DNA of 64,000 nucleotides, taken from contig NMRA01000410.1 in NCBI GenBank assembly GCA_002633005.1, positions 89,977 to 153,976 of the forward strand. The letters run 5' to 3'. Source of the stretch: Phoronis australis (Eukaryota > Animalia > Phoronida). Positions 1-12,398 of the stretch are shown piece after piece (positions within the stretch are counted from its first letter, which is position 1; every line of letters starts with the position of its first letter). Below the pieces are notes generated by a model. That model made no database searches and had not been told where the DNA came from. It saw only the letters and a program-made list of their open reading frames with translations. The translations under genes were made by a program, and so were the position numbers.

Positions 1-165
1 CCCCCCCCCTCTCAATTTTTTCCAAGTTGGTTTACTTGGGGTTTACACACGCTGGCGGTGCCGTTTTTGTTTTGCTGGAGACGCTTTTGTTTGTTTTATT
101 AATTTTTGGGTCCTGGCCCGAGGGGGGGTTTAAACCCCCTGAACCCCCCCGTAGATCCGCCACTG
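1..165. mobile_element. Right end of a non-autonomous DNA transposon (CAGTGGCGGATCTA-type TIR family)
   Basis: Ends in CCCCCCGTAGATCCGCCACTG; the same terminus recurs at ~8155 (TAGATCCGCCACTG) and ~52352 (GGATCCGCCCCTG). Confidence 0.55.
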
Positions 166-1869
166 CATTTATAATTGAAAAGTTTGGGCCCAACTAACAA
201 GTGTGTATTTATTTGCGTCAGTAGCCAAGTGTTTTTGGGGGAGGGGGCGTGTGTGTATATTGCCGATTTTTATTATTTCTATAGCAATTCATGTGTGTAA
301 TGTATTTATCTATACCCGTGAAATAAAATTACAAAAACGAGAAGTTTACCTTGTAAATGAATTCAAACTAATACTTATTGTTACCGACAGCGTGCATTGT
401 ACTTACCAATTGTCCCGCTCTTAGCGGACAGTACCTCTTCTTGAATTTCTCCCGCTATTCCGCCCCACCATCAAAATGTCCCGCTTTTTGACACATGGTG
501 AAATTGCTATTGTAATTACCATGCGACTATAGCCCCATTTTCACATTCGACTAAAAGAAAAACGTGACGTTTTATGGGTTTTCGCTGCACCCCCAATTTC
601 CCATTCGACTAATAAAAACAAAAAATGCAGTCAGGCGATTGTGTGTACGTGTTGTAGTGAACTTTTCACCCTTGCATTGTGGCGTAGATTCAGATGCCCC
701 GCTTTTGATACGGATGTCCCGCATTTCAATCCATTTTTTCATTTTCGAATATTGACACATGCAGCAGCTGGTCAAAATAAATTTGTCTCCTTTTTACGAC
801 TAATGTCATTCTCCCGAGCACACTTTCTTTCATTATCTAGTAATCGTAAAATGTCCCAATGTCTCTTGTATACAATAACACTAAATATGCATCAGTATGA
901 TCACTAATTTTTTACTTTCTGAAGAAATTAGTTTATGTCTAAATTTCTACCAAACTGTTGTAATAAGTTTATTAAAATTACAGATGTTTGTCCATTTTTA
1001 TGTTTCTGAAAAATTTTATCTGGAAACTTCAGTCCGATAGTTAGTTGGAGTAAATTTAAATTTTTTTGTATCCTAAATTTTCACAGAAGAATAAAATTGT
1101 ACCAAACAGCACCAAAGGTCTAATTAATATACATAAAGATGTTTAATTTCCCACGGATGCGTTACTAAACTCTTCATAAAAGTTGTGATTGATCCATATT
1201 CTAAAATCTGTCTTTATCGTAGCAATCTTTTGAATCATTGAAACTACTTACCTGTCAGGTATGCAAAATGTCAATTACTGATGAAGTAAATTACTTATCT
1301 TTTGCTTCTGGTGTAACCATACACTATCAAGATCCAATGATATTATTCCGTTGAAAAACAGTGGAGTTGCGAAATTTCTAGCGACAGCAAAGGAGGTGAT
1401 ACTTTCCCATTGGCCTAGTGTTAAAATATATATTTATTATTATTTGATTTACATGATTTTGGTATTGTATAAGAGCTTACGTGATGCTTGATCATTTGGA
1501 TAATTTTAAGGAAATTTCAAATTTTCAAAATTATTGCAATAGGTCCAGATTAGTTTACGTTATGTCTACCTGGCAGCTGGGCAGTGGTAGTACCCACAAC
1601 TGAGTTGTGACGAATTGCCACATTACAAGGTGGTGATCTTCCGTTTGCAAATAATTAGGGCCATTAGATCCCAAACTATAAAGTACACAACCAAATTCAA
1701 GCTTTGCAACATTATTCAAGCTTGACCAATATTATTCAAGCTTTTTAATCTTATCCAGCAAGCTTTCCCAAAGTTTTGAGAAGCCTGATTTACCTTACGA
1801 AACTCAAGCTTGGAGAATGTTCAATAATGTGACGGACTTCTCAGCTTAATCAAGCTTAGTCAAATTTAG

Positions 1870-2330
1870 CAAAGTATGCATTTTATTCCTTTATGAGCAG
1901 GTATGAATCTAGTTAAAAAACAGCATACGAACCAAATCTGATTTGCACAAGCAAATAAACTTTACACTAATCTATGGTCAGCAATTTTGAATTTTTTCGC
2001 TCTTGAAATAGCTCTTTCAACATGGTCCCTGTGAGCGGCTATCTTTTTTGTTAAGGCAACATCACTAGGTGACATCTGACCACGACCTGGTGCAAAAGGG
2101 GCATGTATAATTTCAGTCCAATTTCTTTCCTAATTAAGAAGCCTTCATCTGCCATGATTCCATCACCTTGTTTTAATTTAAAGCAATCCATGAGTTGCCG
2201 AAGCATTGTCAGTTAGCCACTTGATCTAGCTATATCATTATCTGACATTGATCCCGAAAACAGCATGAATATAAAAGTAAACGACCCTGGGGTCCACTCC
2301 TACAAGATCGAAATCTGAATAACACTGACT
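1870..2330 (-). pseudogene. Decayed DDE_Tnp_4 (Harbinger/ISL2EU) catalytic region
   Basis: After LVGVDPR a frameshift restores SFTFIFMLFSGSMSDNDIARSSG*...GDGIMADEGF...PGRGQMSPSDVALTKKIAAHRDHVERAISRAKKFKI...NQIWFVCCFL. Stops at 2213-2215 and 1962-1964; second frameshift near 2095. Confidence 0.8.
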
Positions 2331-5300
2331 TTGGCTTCTCGGAGAACTTGGCTCTTCCACTTTGATCACTGTGCCATCAATGATGAGGGGCGGGTCTGGA
2401 AAATCTTTCTTGTAATTTGGCGGCATATGTTCGTAGAGAACGTCGCGATCTGGCCAAATTGTTACAGATCGAAATTTGTGGAAAATGAAGTCGATCCACT
2501 CCCTGAAAAGTGCTGCTGCATCCTGAGGAGATATCCCAAAAAGAGTTGCCAAGTGTTTGAAATCGAAATTCAATCGCAGTTTCGTTAGAACAAGCAGGAG
2601 TTGATCTTGCAGTGACATGTTCTTAGCACTACTGATTGTTTTGGAGAAGTTCATGAGAGACTCGTCCTTGTCTGGGACTAAGAAATCAAAAATATTTTGA
2701 AATTCTTCAAAGGTGAATCCTGTGTGATATTCGAAATTATCCTTCACATGGCTGTTTTTGAGGGAATCAACGCAAAATCCCATGGTGGCTGCATTCTTTG
2801 TTTCAGCTTTCATTTTTCCTCGATGCGCTTCGTCAGTTAAAGTTTTCAACTTTTCTTTAAGAAGTTTGTTTTCAGCAACCATGGCCAGATAATCCAAACC
2901 TGATGGGTCTGAAATAGAAACACTTGTGAGACAGGGAATCTAGGGTCAAAACTTCACTGAGGATTTAGCTTACTGACGTTGAGAATGGCTTGATCATCAC
3001 ACGTGAAAAGTACTTAAACTTGAAAGACAGAAAATTTATACTGAGTTACATTATTGTTCAAGGTTTTCATGGATTTCCTTCTTCATCCTGTCTTGTTACT
3101 TCACGCTCCTCTGATAAAACCTTCTGGAGAATCAAAGCCTTGTGGTGATCTGAACTTCCCACATCCTAGAATCTAACTGCCCTTCATGGTTTGAGGCGAG
3201 AAAACTTAGGATTACAGTATCACAGTTTGGGAGATTTATGCCTTGTAAGGCTCCAATTAGAGACAATTTAGTAAATTAAGTGATGAATCCCAAACCATTT
3301 CAGGCAGATGACACCACTTACGGAACGTGCAATGAAAAAGTTGCTAAGAATATGTATAGCAAACGGGTAACCACGTTCATGATTGCTGATTCATAGTTAA
3401 TCCCGAATTTTCATTCATTGGAGCTTTGCCTGATGGGAAAGTATGCGACACTGGAGAGGTGGGGCTGTTAGAAGTGAAATGCCCAAACAGCATACTAGTA
3501 CGAGATATGAATTTTCAAGAAGGACTTACAACTTACGAAAAAAAGGAATCTCTGTTTTTGTCAAAATTCGGAGAAGAAATTTCTTTGGGAAAAGACCATA
3601 GTCATTGGTTCCAAGTTCATGGGCAGTTGCAAGTATACGGACCTTATTTTTGTGATTTTGTGATATTCACAAGAAGAGACTTGCATATACAATGGATTCA
3701 TCCCCATGTCAGTGTCATGAAACAAATTCCCAATAATAAGAGTAAAGGGTTTATTGACCATGACGCCAAACTGCACCCACCTTTTACTGGTTCCACAGTT
3801 TGAGTTTCTGGACCAGCGTGTGTCGGTCCTTTAAATGAGCATTCAGCAGAGTTTTCACTGAGATGTGAAATCTGGTCAGCTGTCATGGTGAAACTGAAAC
3901 ATGAGGAAAACTGTAAATTGATTTAAACTGATTTTATCGTAATTTCTAGATTTGAAAACTTGGTCACAATCGTTCTATTGTTTTGCCATCATTTGGACCT
4001 AATACTCAGACAACGAACACCTCAGTTGTTTGAAAAATATTTCTTTGGTGAACTGAAAATCTTCTTATTTGACCAATATTTTGTGCTCACAGCTTGCCAC
4101 TAACGCTGCTCAGTCGAGAAAGGGGCAGTATTTTTTTCAAATTGCTATAGTGCTGCGATTTCATTCATGTTGAAAATGCCAATATAATATGAAAGGTCCG
4201 CCTCAGTAAAACAAAAAGTCAGAGTAAACGAGACAAAAGTCCACAGGAATTCGGCACAGTGGCCCCGTTTTTTTTTTTTGTCGTTGCTGATTTTTTTCAG
4301 TAAAANGGCCCCGTTTTTTTTTTTTTGTCGTTGCTGATTTTTTTCAGTAAAATGTCCGCATACCGAAGAATTTGAGCCCCACCCCCCCTATATTTTAGGC
4401 TGGGGCGCGCATGTTTTAGGTTAAAAAATTGACTATTAATTTGGCTAGAAGCTTCGCATTGTTGTCACACACAATTTGCGTTATCTTCCAGTAAAATTTG
4501 ACTCAAAGCCAGTGTCAAGCTTGCCACCTTATTGCCAACCATGCATTAAACAGTGCCTGATTTGCGATGTATCTGAATATTGTCACAATGAAATTTCTTG
4601 TAATTGTAAATATATGGACATAGCTCCTGTAGCTGTAACTGTGTGAACCTTGTTCTGTGACTAAAATTACAGGTGTTTACCTTGTTTCTGTGCACAGTAT
4701 CTTTGCTCTCTTCGTCATTGGCTGAGTTGCTGGCCAAAGTTTTGGGGGAGGACGCACTGGTGTGACCATGTCATATTTGCACGCTGGCACAGGGTCTGGG
4801 TTTTCCTTCGTAGGTTTGCCATCTTTGAAGTGCTAAATTAATGTGAACTGACAATTTTTCCTCAAAAGAAATATTTTGGTTTCAGTTATAGCTATGATTT
4901 CTTGGGCATTAGTTCAATCCATAGGGAACTGGCTTTTCACCACATTTGTTTCAGTGATTGACCAAGATACACAAAACTTCCATACTGTAGTTAACGGTGC
5001 GATACACCCTCTTTTGGCATCCAAAGTACTAACTTTCGAATTCGACCACATACCATAGTGAAATTGAACTGAATTTGATTCTTACTCAAATTAGAAAACA
5101 TAAAACAAGCAACTCCTAAAGTATTGTCTTGCACAATAATCATCGGTCAGTTTTTCTCCATTTCCCAGAAGCCACTTATAACAGAAGTAAAGGACAAGAT
5201 GACAGAAACCAATTTCGTTGCAGAAAGTGGTCTCAATTCAAAAGTTTGCTTTGCCAAAATATGGTTGTGTTGTTCCATTAAGACATTTCATTATTTGAAT

Positions 5301-5877
5301 AAAGGTAACTTTCAGTTAATATTAAGAATTGAATACATCGACGGCCTCACAAGACTAAGCCTAATGTGTCCCTCTATACGCAAAAGGTATTTATAACAAC
5401 ATAGCATTGATCTTTTATTGAGTTTTAGTCAGTACGAAGCATAATTCGACGACAATTTTCTGGCGTATGAAGTGCTCATAGGAGCTCCACTGTTTCTACT
5501 GCAAGCCAGTGGTTATTGTCTAGGGTCTACGTCTACATAGACTATAATGTGGCCGTGCTGGGATCCAGCAGGTACCGAAACAAATGCAGCCAGATGAGTG
5601 AAACTCTTGAGTCGAAATCAGATAGGCCTACACTATAGCCACCAAACTAAAAAAAGCGTACCTTGGAACAGATATATTTGTGTTTAGCCTTCGAATAATC
5701 ATGCAACATTTCCAAATTGAGCCGCACGTGCGGCCGTCCACACAGTTTGATCCACAGCTTACACCGCTCGAGATTAGTTTTTGGCTTGGGGAAAGCCCAA
5801 AAAGTGACAGGATTTTCCTCTCGATCTGCATACCGGCTGTCAGATTTGCAGATGCCATGGCAACACCGTTTTACCAT
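2238..5877 (-). CDS. Spliced THAP zinc finger + HTH_Tnp_4-like protein derived from an ISL2EU/Harbinger-type transposase (383 aa, DDE domain truncated)
   Basis: Exons 5877-5662 (MVKRCCHGICKSDSRY...FPKP...W...YICSK), 4832-4681 (HFKDGKPTKENPDPVP, completing the THAP C2CH motif), 3893-3781 and 2908-2238 (coiled coil, YHTGF, LSLQDQLLLVLTKLRLNFDFKHLATLFGIS-type HTH, WPDR, IIDGT). All junctions are GT-AG with matching phases 0/2/1; total 1152 nt with no internal stop. Confidence 0.7.
3170..3750 (+). pseudogene. YqaJ-like (lambda exonuclease family) nuclease remnant, the second ORF typical of ISL2EU elements
   Basis: SNCPSWFEARKLRITVSQFG...YGTCNEKVAKNMY (frameshift) HVHDC*FIVNPEFSFIGALPDG...LLEVKCP...HWFQVHGQLQVYGPYFCDFVIFT matches the YqaJ motif series (RITAS, PDG, ExKCP, QxQGQL, CDF). 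Two stops and one frameshift. Confidence 0.8.
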
Positions 5878-5899
5878 TCTGATCGCAAAATTCCTTGAT

Positions 5900-6110
5900 G
5901 TATTAACTAAAATAAGCTCTATCCGACAACGTTTCGTTTGCCGGGTAAAATGGCAGCGGCATAGATACGCAGACAAAAGTGTGTCGAGAATGCTGTGTTC
6001 TGATTGGTCAGTTAAGCCGTCAGCCAAACGCGCTGGTTCCCTGCGTGCCGCTAGGTGGGGCGGTAGCCGTGCTGGCTGGGCTAACACGCAGGGAACCAGC
6101 GAGTACTCAG
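5900..6110 (-). promoter_or_regulatory. CpG-rich putative promoter of the THAP gene
   Basis: Local CpG enrichment just upstream of ATG 5877, CCAAT box (ATTGG at ~6003), GC box (GGGGCGG at ~6057) and a 17-bp inverted repeat at 6031-6047/6085-6101. Confidence 0.4.
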
Positions 6111-7368
6111 GCGATAGGTCAATTCACAAAAAGAACGGGACATTTTCGCAGCCAATTGTGAATTTGCGTTTTTGTAATCAGGCTGTCAAAAATTGAAATT
6201 TGGGCATCAGTCATCTTCAAGAGCATTTCATTGGCTCTCTACCATTTTCTACTTTGATTTTTTTTGTAAAAATGATGTCATGTTGAAAGTGCAGCATTTG
6301 GGAGTTTTGTTCTCAAAAAACTGTTTTGCGTTAAAATCAATTTTGTAAAGACTATAACGAACATTCAGTCGACGGAATTCCTCTAATTTGTGTCCGAGTA
6401 GTAAAATTACAGTTACATTAGCATGGGCATGAATAGCAAAAACAATTTTAATTTTTAAAATGAAAACAGTATTGAGAACTGACTCCAGACATTTGACACT
6501 TCTTATGCTTTCCCCGTAACGATTTCCAATCATTAGTGTAGGCAACCGAAATTGATAATTTATATATTACCATGAATGTACACAACGTAATAAATTTGGT
6601 TCTTTGATATAACGTGAATATTACACAGGGCGGAGTACAATAATTATGACCAACTGAGGGCAACGTATGCTTGGAACTGCAAGTCCAGTTGATGTAGGCT
6701 AGGCCACCGTATCTATGGTAACGACAACTGAACATTAGTTATCAACATCTTTTATTAATAAAAATATTATTGAAAACATTTTTTGTTCCAGAACACCATT
6801 TTGTGTCTAAGCGAGAAGTTTAGTTCTTCTAAGTTCACAGCATAGGAAGTTTAGGGGAGCCAATAAACGGGCGTACGGTTCTGCCGCACGGATCGCCGGA
6901 ATTTAAGAGACTGGGAACTTATCCTTTTTGTTGCGAGCTTGACCTCATTTACTAATGCCTGTTATTTAAATTAATAGTTAGTATATGCCTGAGATGATAT
7001 ATTTATTCAACTGAAAAAGATATAGCCTGTTGATACGTAACTCTTGAATCTATTTTGTCGTTTTCACCAAGTTATTTAGTGCCATAATTCACGAAAATGT
7101 GCTACTTTGAATGCGGGAATTTTTTTAATTTAAAAAGTTTCATGTGAATGGGGTAGAAAATTTTCAAAATGAAGTTGCCAAGTCTAAGACAATTTACTTA
7201 TAAGTCCACACTGATTACCGTCGCAGCTCATCCTGACAAAACAACTAACGCGTATTCGCATTTTAATGAAAAAAGTACTAATCGGCGAGATTTTGTTTCA
7301 AAGGCACACGGCATTTGTTATCTATGGCTTAAGTGTCGGAGTATTCAACTGAGCGCATTTCCAGTGTT

Positions 7369-8155
7369 CACAGGCGGATTTAGGGGGGCGTCTCCCCCCG
7401 GTCCTTGGCTGCCGCAAAAAAAAAAATAAAACAGCAAGAGCGTAAAGAAATGTTGGGTTTATTAATTAACATTATACGGCTGAAACAAGATTTAAATGTG
7501 TGCAGTTTTAGTGTGTTGGGGCCGTCCATATCTGGGTTGCCATTCAGTGCATGGCCAAGTATAGGCTCTCCTGCGATGCCAGACGACCTGCAATGGCGCT
7601 GCGCACTACGACTCCGTTTCCGTCGTCTGCTTCACTGTGCAATGAAGAAATTTTTACTTCATTTTTTAAAGGAAATGGAATCTGAGTGACTATGAAAAAA
7701 CAGAAGCTGCTGGTAAGATGTGAATTTTAATCGACGCCTTAATTAATCACTCAGAAACTCAGAATTCTCTCTTTGTCAAACATTAACTTAAGACGATTTC
7801 CAAAGCAACCGCGTCATTAATGTCACAAAAAACGAATTTGGTCTTTTGGACAAATGAAGAATATTTTAAATACAACAAATTCGTTACGAACTGATTGCAC
7901 AAAATATAAAAAGTATAATAAGCATTACTAAAAGAAGTAGGTTTCGCGCGCAAACGCTGTGGACCATTCTCCGTGTTTTTTTCTTTTCTTGTTTTTTTTT
8001 TCTTGGAAAATACTTCAGAAATCAAGGAAAATGCAAACCCCCCTCCCGACCTCCCCCCATTCGGTGCTATGCGCATCTACAATCGTGCTTAGCACAAATG
8101 TTTACACACAAAATGTTGGGCGCCCCCCCCTTGTGACATACTAGATCCGCCACTG
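7369..8155. mobile_element. MITE-like element with imperfect TIRs and a 5-bp flanking duplication
   Basis: Left end CACAGGCGGATTTAG, right end CTAGATCCGCCACTG (12/15 match as inverted repeats); GTGTT at 7364-7368 and 8156-8160. Confidence 0.55.
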
Positions 8156-8519
8156 GTGTTACTATGTAAACACGCCGTGACATAATGACAACTTTCAGTT
8201 TTGCGATCAAACAAAATTCTCGAGAAACTAGGTTTACTTAATTCACCTCATAACTTAAAGTTTTCATAAAGAATAGAAATTTTGTTCATCACACTTCAGA
8301 TACCGTAAAATACCAAACATAGCCTAACTGAAGGCCATGGTCTTACAAATGAAATAATACGTTTTGCGGAAAGTGCAACGAACCCTAGTACATGACTACC
8401 ATTGTCTTTGCTTTCCTTATGATTTCTGACAATCAGCCAAAGACGACAAAGATGAATAGAATAATTTAGTAGTTGTTGGTAAACCAACTAGCATGTGTTA
8501 ATGAACTGGCAGATACTCG

Positions 8520-8640
8520 ATAATAATAGTAATGGTGATAACGATAGCAATAACATCGATGGTGACGCCGATGGTAATAATAACAAACTAAGAGTTATGG
8601 TAATGATAATAATAACAATATCAAGAATAACAATAATCCT
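8520..8640. repeat. Degenerate (AAT/GAT/AAC)n trinucleotide low-complexity tract
   Basis: Runs such as taataatagtaatggtgataacgatagcaataac and ataataataacaata. Confidence 0.6.
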
Positions 8641-10357
8641 ATATAACCTACATATAACCTATGTTAGGACGAAGCACATATTTCCTGAGAATTTTTGTTA
8701 TGCTGATAAAGGCCATGATCTTATAATTGATGATAAGGCCTCCATTCTCGAATATAAGGCCAATCACTGAGATGACCTCATTAGCAAGACTTTACGGTAA
8801 GATTATAGCTATAGGTTCAATGTTCGGCATCAATATATTAGATTATTTTTAATTTATTTTTGTACACTTTATTTTCTCTTCCCTTGACAACTATATCATC
8901 TTGGGTTGTTATTCAGAATCCTGGGTTAAGAACAGTGCTTGTTCCTGGAACTATAATTTCCTTGTTTCGTTTGAAAACAATTAACCATTGGTCTGAAAAA
9001 ACGGTTCGGATCGTGTCTGGACAGTTCAGGAATATGTGGGACAAAACACACCAAAGAATTCAGACAATGCCAAATCAACCGAAGAAACACTACGGTTCTT
9101 CCGAAAAGAAATTTGTGACTCACCGACAAGTGAACACAGTACACTGATTCCTGACAATAAAGTAGACAAACAAATAAACATAGCTTGAGCTAGACTGAAA
9201 ACTCTCGTTCCGGCGGCAACATTCCATTGTACTCAGTCAAATCTACGCACGGTAACTAACAACACCAACTTCACCTGGTCGAGTTCTGTCAACCGTAACA
9301 GCCTCTTATCTATGCAGCGGCTGGCAGAATCGATTGTAGAAAGTTATGATAGTGCGGAAACAATAACACAAAGAAAAGTAATTGGTAGTGACACGCCCGG
9401 TGTTAAACCAGGTGTTGGATTAGCGTGACTGTATCACAGGAGATGAATGTAATAAACAAGAAGTAGCGTGAAGAACTTACATTTATGGAACTTGATTACC
9501 ACCCAATGTAGAAAAAATAAGAAGAATGTGAATAGATTTATCAAAAATCACATGAAATCAAGGAGCTCTGGGCTGACATGAGGACTTGCTGAAGAAATGT
9601 TTTAGTAATGAATAGTTATTTTCACCACATAATGCTCGCAATCGAATGACCGTAATGGTCTCATCAGTGTACGACACTACAGTGTCAACGGGCAAAGATG
9701 TAGTTACACATTATCTTTGCTACGGGTGAGTCCACGTGTGTTTTCTCACTGACACAAGGGAGATCGTCATCTGATCATGAGGCCAATGCTGGCGGAGTGT
9801 TCTTTTCACATAGTTAATTTTACAAAGTCAGACATAAATTTCTCAAGAATGCGCGAATCTTAAGCCATCAGCTACTCAGGCAAGCGGCGACTACTCTGAA
9901 GAGACCCACGTCGATGATTTCTCATCAACTGGTTGTCACTAACGAGTATTGCCGCGGTAACTAAGCTGAAGCGGCTTTTCAACCGGAAGAATGATTACTA
10001 CATTTTGAAATATCTAAGTACGCAAAATAAATCTTAGTATTTACCATGCACAAATATTTCAACGTCTATAATAAGTGTGTTGATTTATTGAAAATGTCAA
10101 ATCGTTAAATATTACAGGTAAAACTAGTCAGACAATTTGTGATAAATCCCGAAATAATTATAATTTATGTACAGAATCCCTTAGTGACAAAAAATCACTA
10201 CGCGCAAGTAACGCGGCTCTTGACAACTAACTAAACTGAACAGTACACACTGTAGAGCTCACTTGACGACTAGACAGCGAAGAAGCGAGACCTGTGTTGA
10301 AAGTCTCCGCATTGTATTTATAGCACTTGTACATTATTAGTGTAATTTATAAGAAAT

Positions 10358-12398
10358 ATGTTCAAAAATACCTTCCAGAGTGGATTTTTATCCATACTTT
10401 ATAGCATTGGAAGCAAGCCTCTGCAGATTTGGGACAAAAAGGTAAGAATATGATGATAAATTTGAACTCACTCCCAACATAGTCATTTCCATAGTTACTG
10501 CTTGGTTACAGGTGTTGGCGAACGTTTTTGTCATCGTTTAGTGTCAAAGCGTTTATGTTTTAATATAAGCCCTTGATTTGGACAATTTATTTTGTCTGAA
10601 ATTTGGAAATCGTACGTCTTATTTCAATATCTGCATTTTGTGGACCAAAACCGGAGCCGAACATGTGACTTCAGCACTGTCAGTGTCAACTGGAACCGAA
10701 ATAACTTGACCTCCTTTTGGCTTGCCACACGTTATTTTGTGATAAACATTTTAATGATTATGGCTATTATGTGCTGTAGAAACGGGGATTTTTAACTCAA
10801 GTTCTGAATTAATTCACGTGTGTTATGGATGTAACACGTTTGCTGTTGTGCTGTGCAACAATTTGTGTTGTCGTCTGGCGATAATCGTTTTTCGTAACCG
10901 CCATGTTGACCGAGACTGAATATAAACATTTCACTTTCAGGTGCGAAATGGACACATTAAACGCATAACAGACAACGACATCCAGTCTTTAGTATTAGAA
11001 ATATCTGGAACAAATGTTAGGTATGTATATGATGATCGTGTGTTTGCTGAATTTGAGAAGAATTTAACGTTTAGTTCTCCAAGTTTGACAACCGTTTGGG
11101 TTGGACTTTGGCATTTCACGTAGTTCAAAAATGGCGGCGCCCATGAATTGTGGCAAAAAAGTAATATAACAGTTGCATAATCGTTCTGTCCAAATGTTAT
11201 TCTTGGCAATTCCTATTCATGGTCATCCTACATGGTCGAAGAACACGTTACAAAGGACTAATGATCATTTGATTTTTCTTGGATCTTATTGTTTACTGAA
11301 TTGTGAGGTCATCAAGTCAAGTGGCGACATTTTGCCGATTTGTTTTGATTTTAAAATGCTAACAAAGACTGTATCTTCTTACAGCACGACATTCATCACG
11401 TGTCCCATAGACCCAAAGAAGGTACTAGGCATCAAACTTCCCTTCCTGGTTATGATTATCAAAAACTTGAAGAAATATTTCACATTTGAAGTACAGGTAT
11501 GTATAGTCATTCAATCCTACGTAATACTCGCAATAGGCGTTTTACATGTTGGCAGCAGTTGCTGTTTTAAAGTTATAAATAATTATAGTAAAGGCACTTG
11601 CAGAGCCTGTGGCTTTGATTCTGTTGAAGATTTGTAAATCTCTTTGAAATCTGCATTCTTCGTTTGAGTAACCATTGAAAATAAAACATGGTTGTTTTCA
11701 GTGAAAGTATAGGATTCCCTTTTCTGACGAGTTTTCCTCATTTTCATTCTGTTCAGTTTTAATGATGTTGTGAATTTCCAGTAATTATTTTTTTCTCTCA
11801 TTTAGGTCTTAGACGACAAAAATGTGAAAAGGAGATTTAGGGCAAGCAACTATCAGAGTACCACTCGTGTAAAGCCATTCATTTGTACTATGCCAATGAG
11901 ATTGGACGACGGCTGGAATCAAATTCAGTTCAACTTGTCAGACTTCACAAGACGTGCTTATGGTACTAACTACATTGAAACACTACGAGTTCAGGTGTGT
12001 AAACTATCTTTGTAAACCATTGCCTGTATTGTACTGTCCTATCACAGTAATGGAACCAGGACTGCGTGTTCTTTGTACAACTGAAGTAGGAATGTCTTGA
12101 AGTTCTGTTAAGATAATTCATAATTAAAAAATCTCTAAAGAAAGGAAATGATATCGAACAATAGGTATTATTGCATGTTGACCTCAGAAACATTCTGTAC
12201 AGTTTGTACAGGCATCCTTACTAACGCAACATGCATACTATTGAAATAAGGCAGTTTGCTTAATATTTCATCCATGTCTTTTTTCAGATCCACGCAAACT
12301 GCAGGATTCGTAGGGTATACTTCTCAGACAGACTGTACTCAGAGGATGAACTACCAGCGGAGTTCAAGCTATACCTACCTGTGCAGAACAAGAAATAA
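10358..12398 (+). CDS. CFAP20: Cilia- and flagella-associated protein 20 (BUG22/GTL3), 191 aa
   Basis: Exons 10358-10441, 10941-11020, 11385-11496, 11806-11994 and 12288-12398, all GT-AG and in phase. Translation [44 protein letters not shown]...[21 protein letters not shown]...[36 protein letters not shown] is near-identical to the known protein. Confidence 0.98.

Larger units (their letters stand above)
1870..5900 (-). mobile_element. ISL2EU-type DNA transposon relic (THAP-HTH-DDE plus YqaJ); termini not identified
   Basis: THAP + HTH + DDE_Tnp_4 transposase together with a YqaJ nuclease is the described ISL2EU architecture. No TIR or TSD was found by eye. Confidence 0.7.

Noticed and set aside
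1695-1860. Cluster of CAAGCTT repeats (also at ~24180-24220) as the ISL2EU terminus
   Set aside because: No matching inverted copy upstream of the THAP gene; probably a remnant of an unrelated repeat.
4261-4352. 45-bp direct repeat flanking a single N at 4306
   Set aside because: Typical unmerged contig overlap differing only in poly-T length; an assembly artefact.
5717-6196. 159-aa plus-strand ORF and neighbours
   Set aside because: Antisense shadow of THAP exon 1 and its GC-rich promoter; no recognisable domain.
8860-9147. 95-aa ORF between the THAP gene and CFAP20
   Set aside because: No recognisable homology or supporting exon chain.
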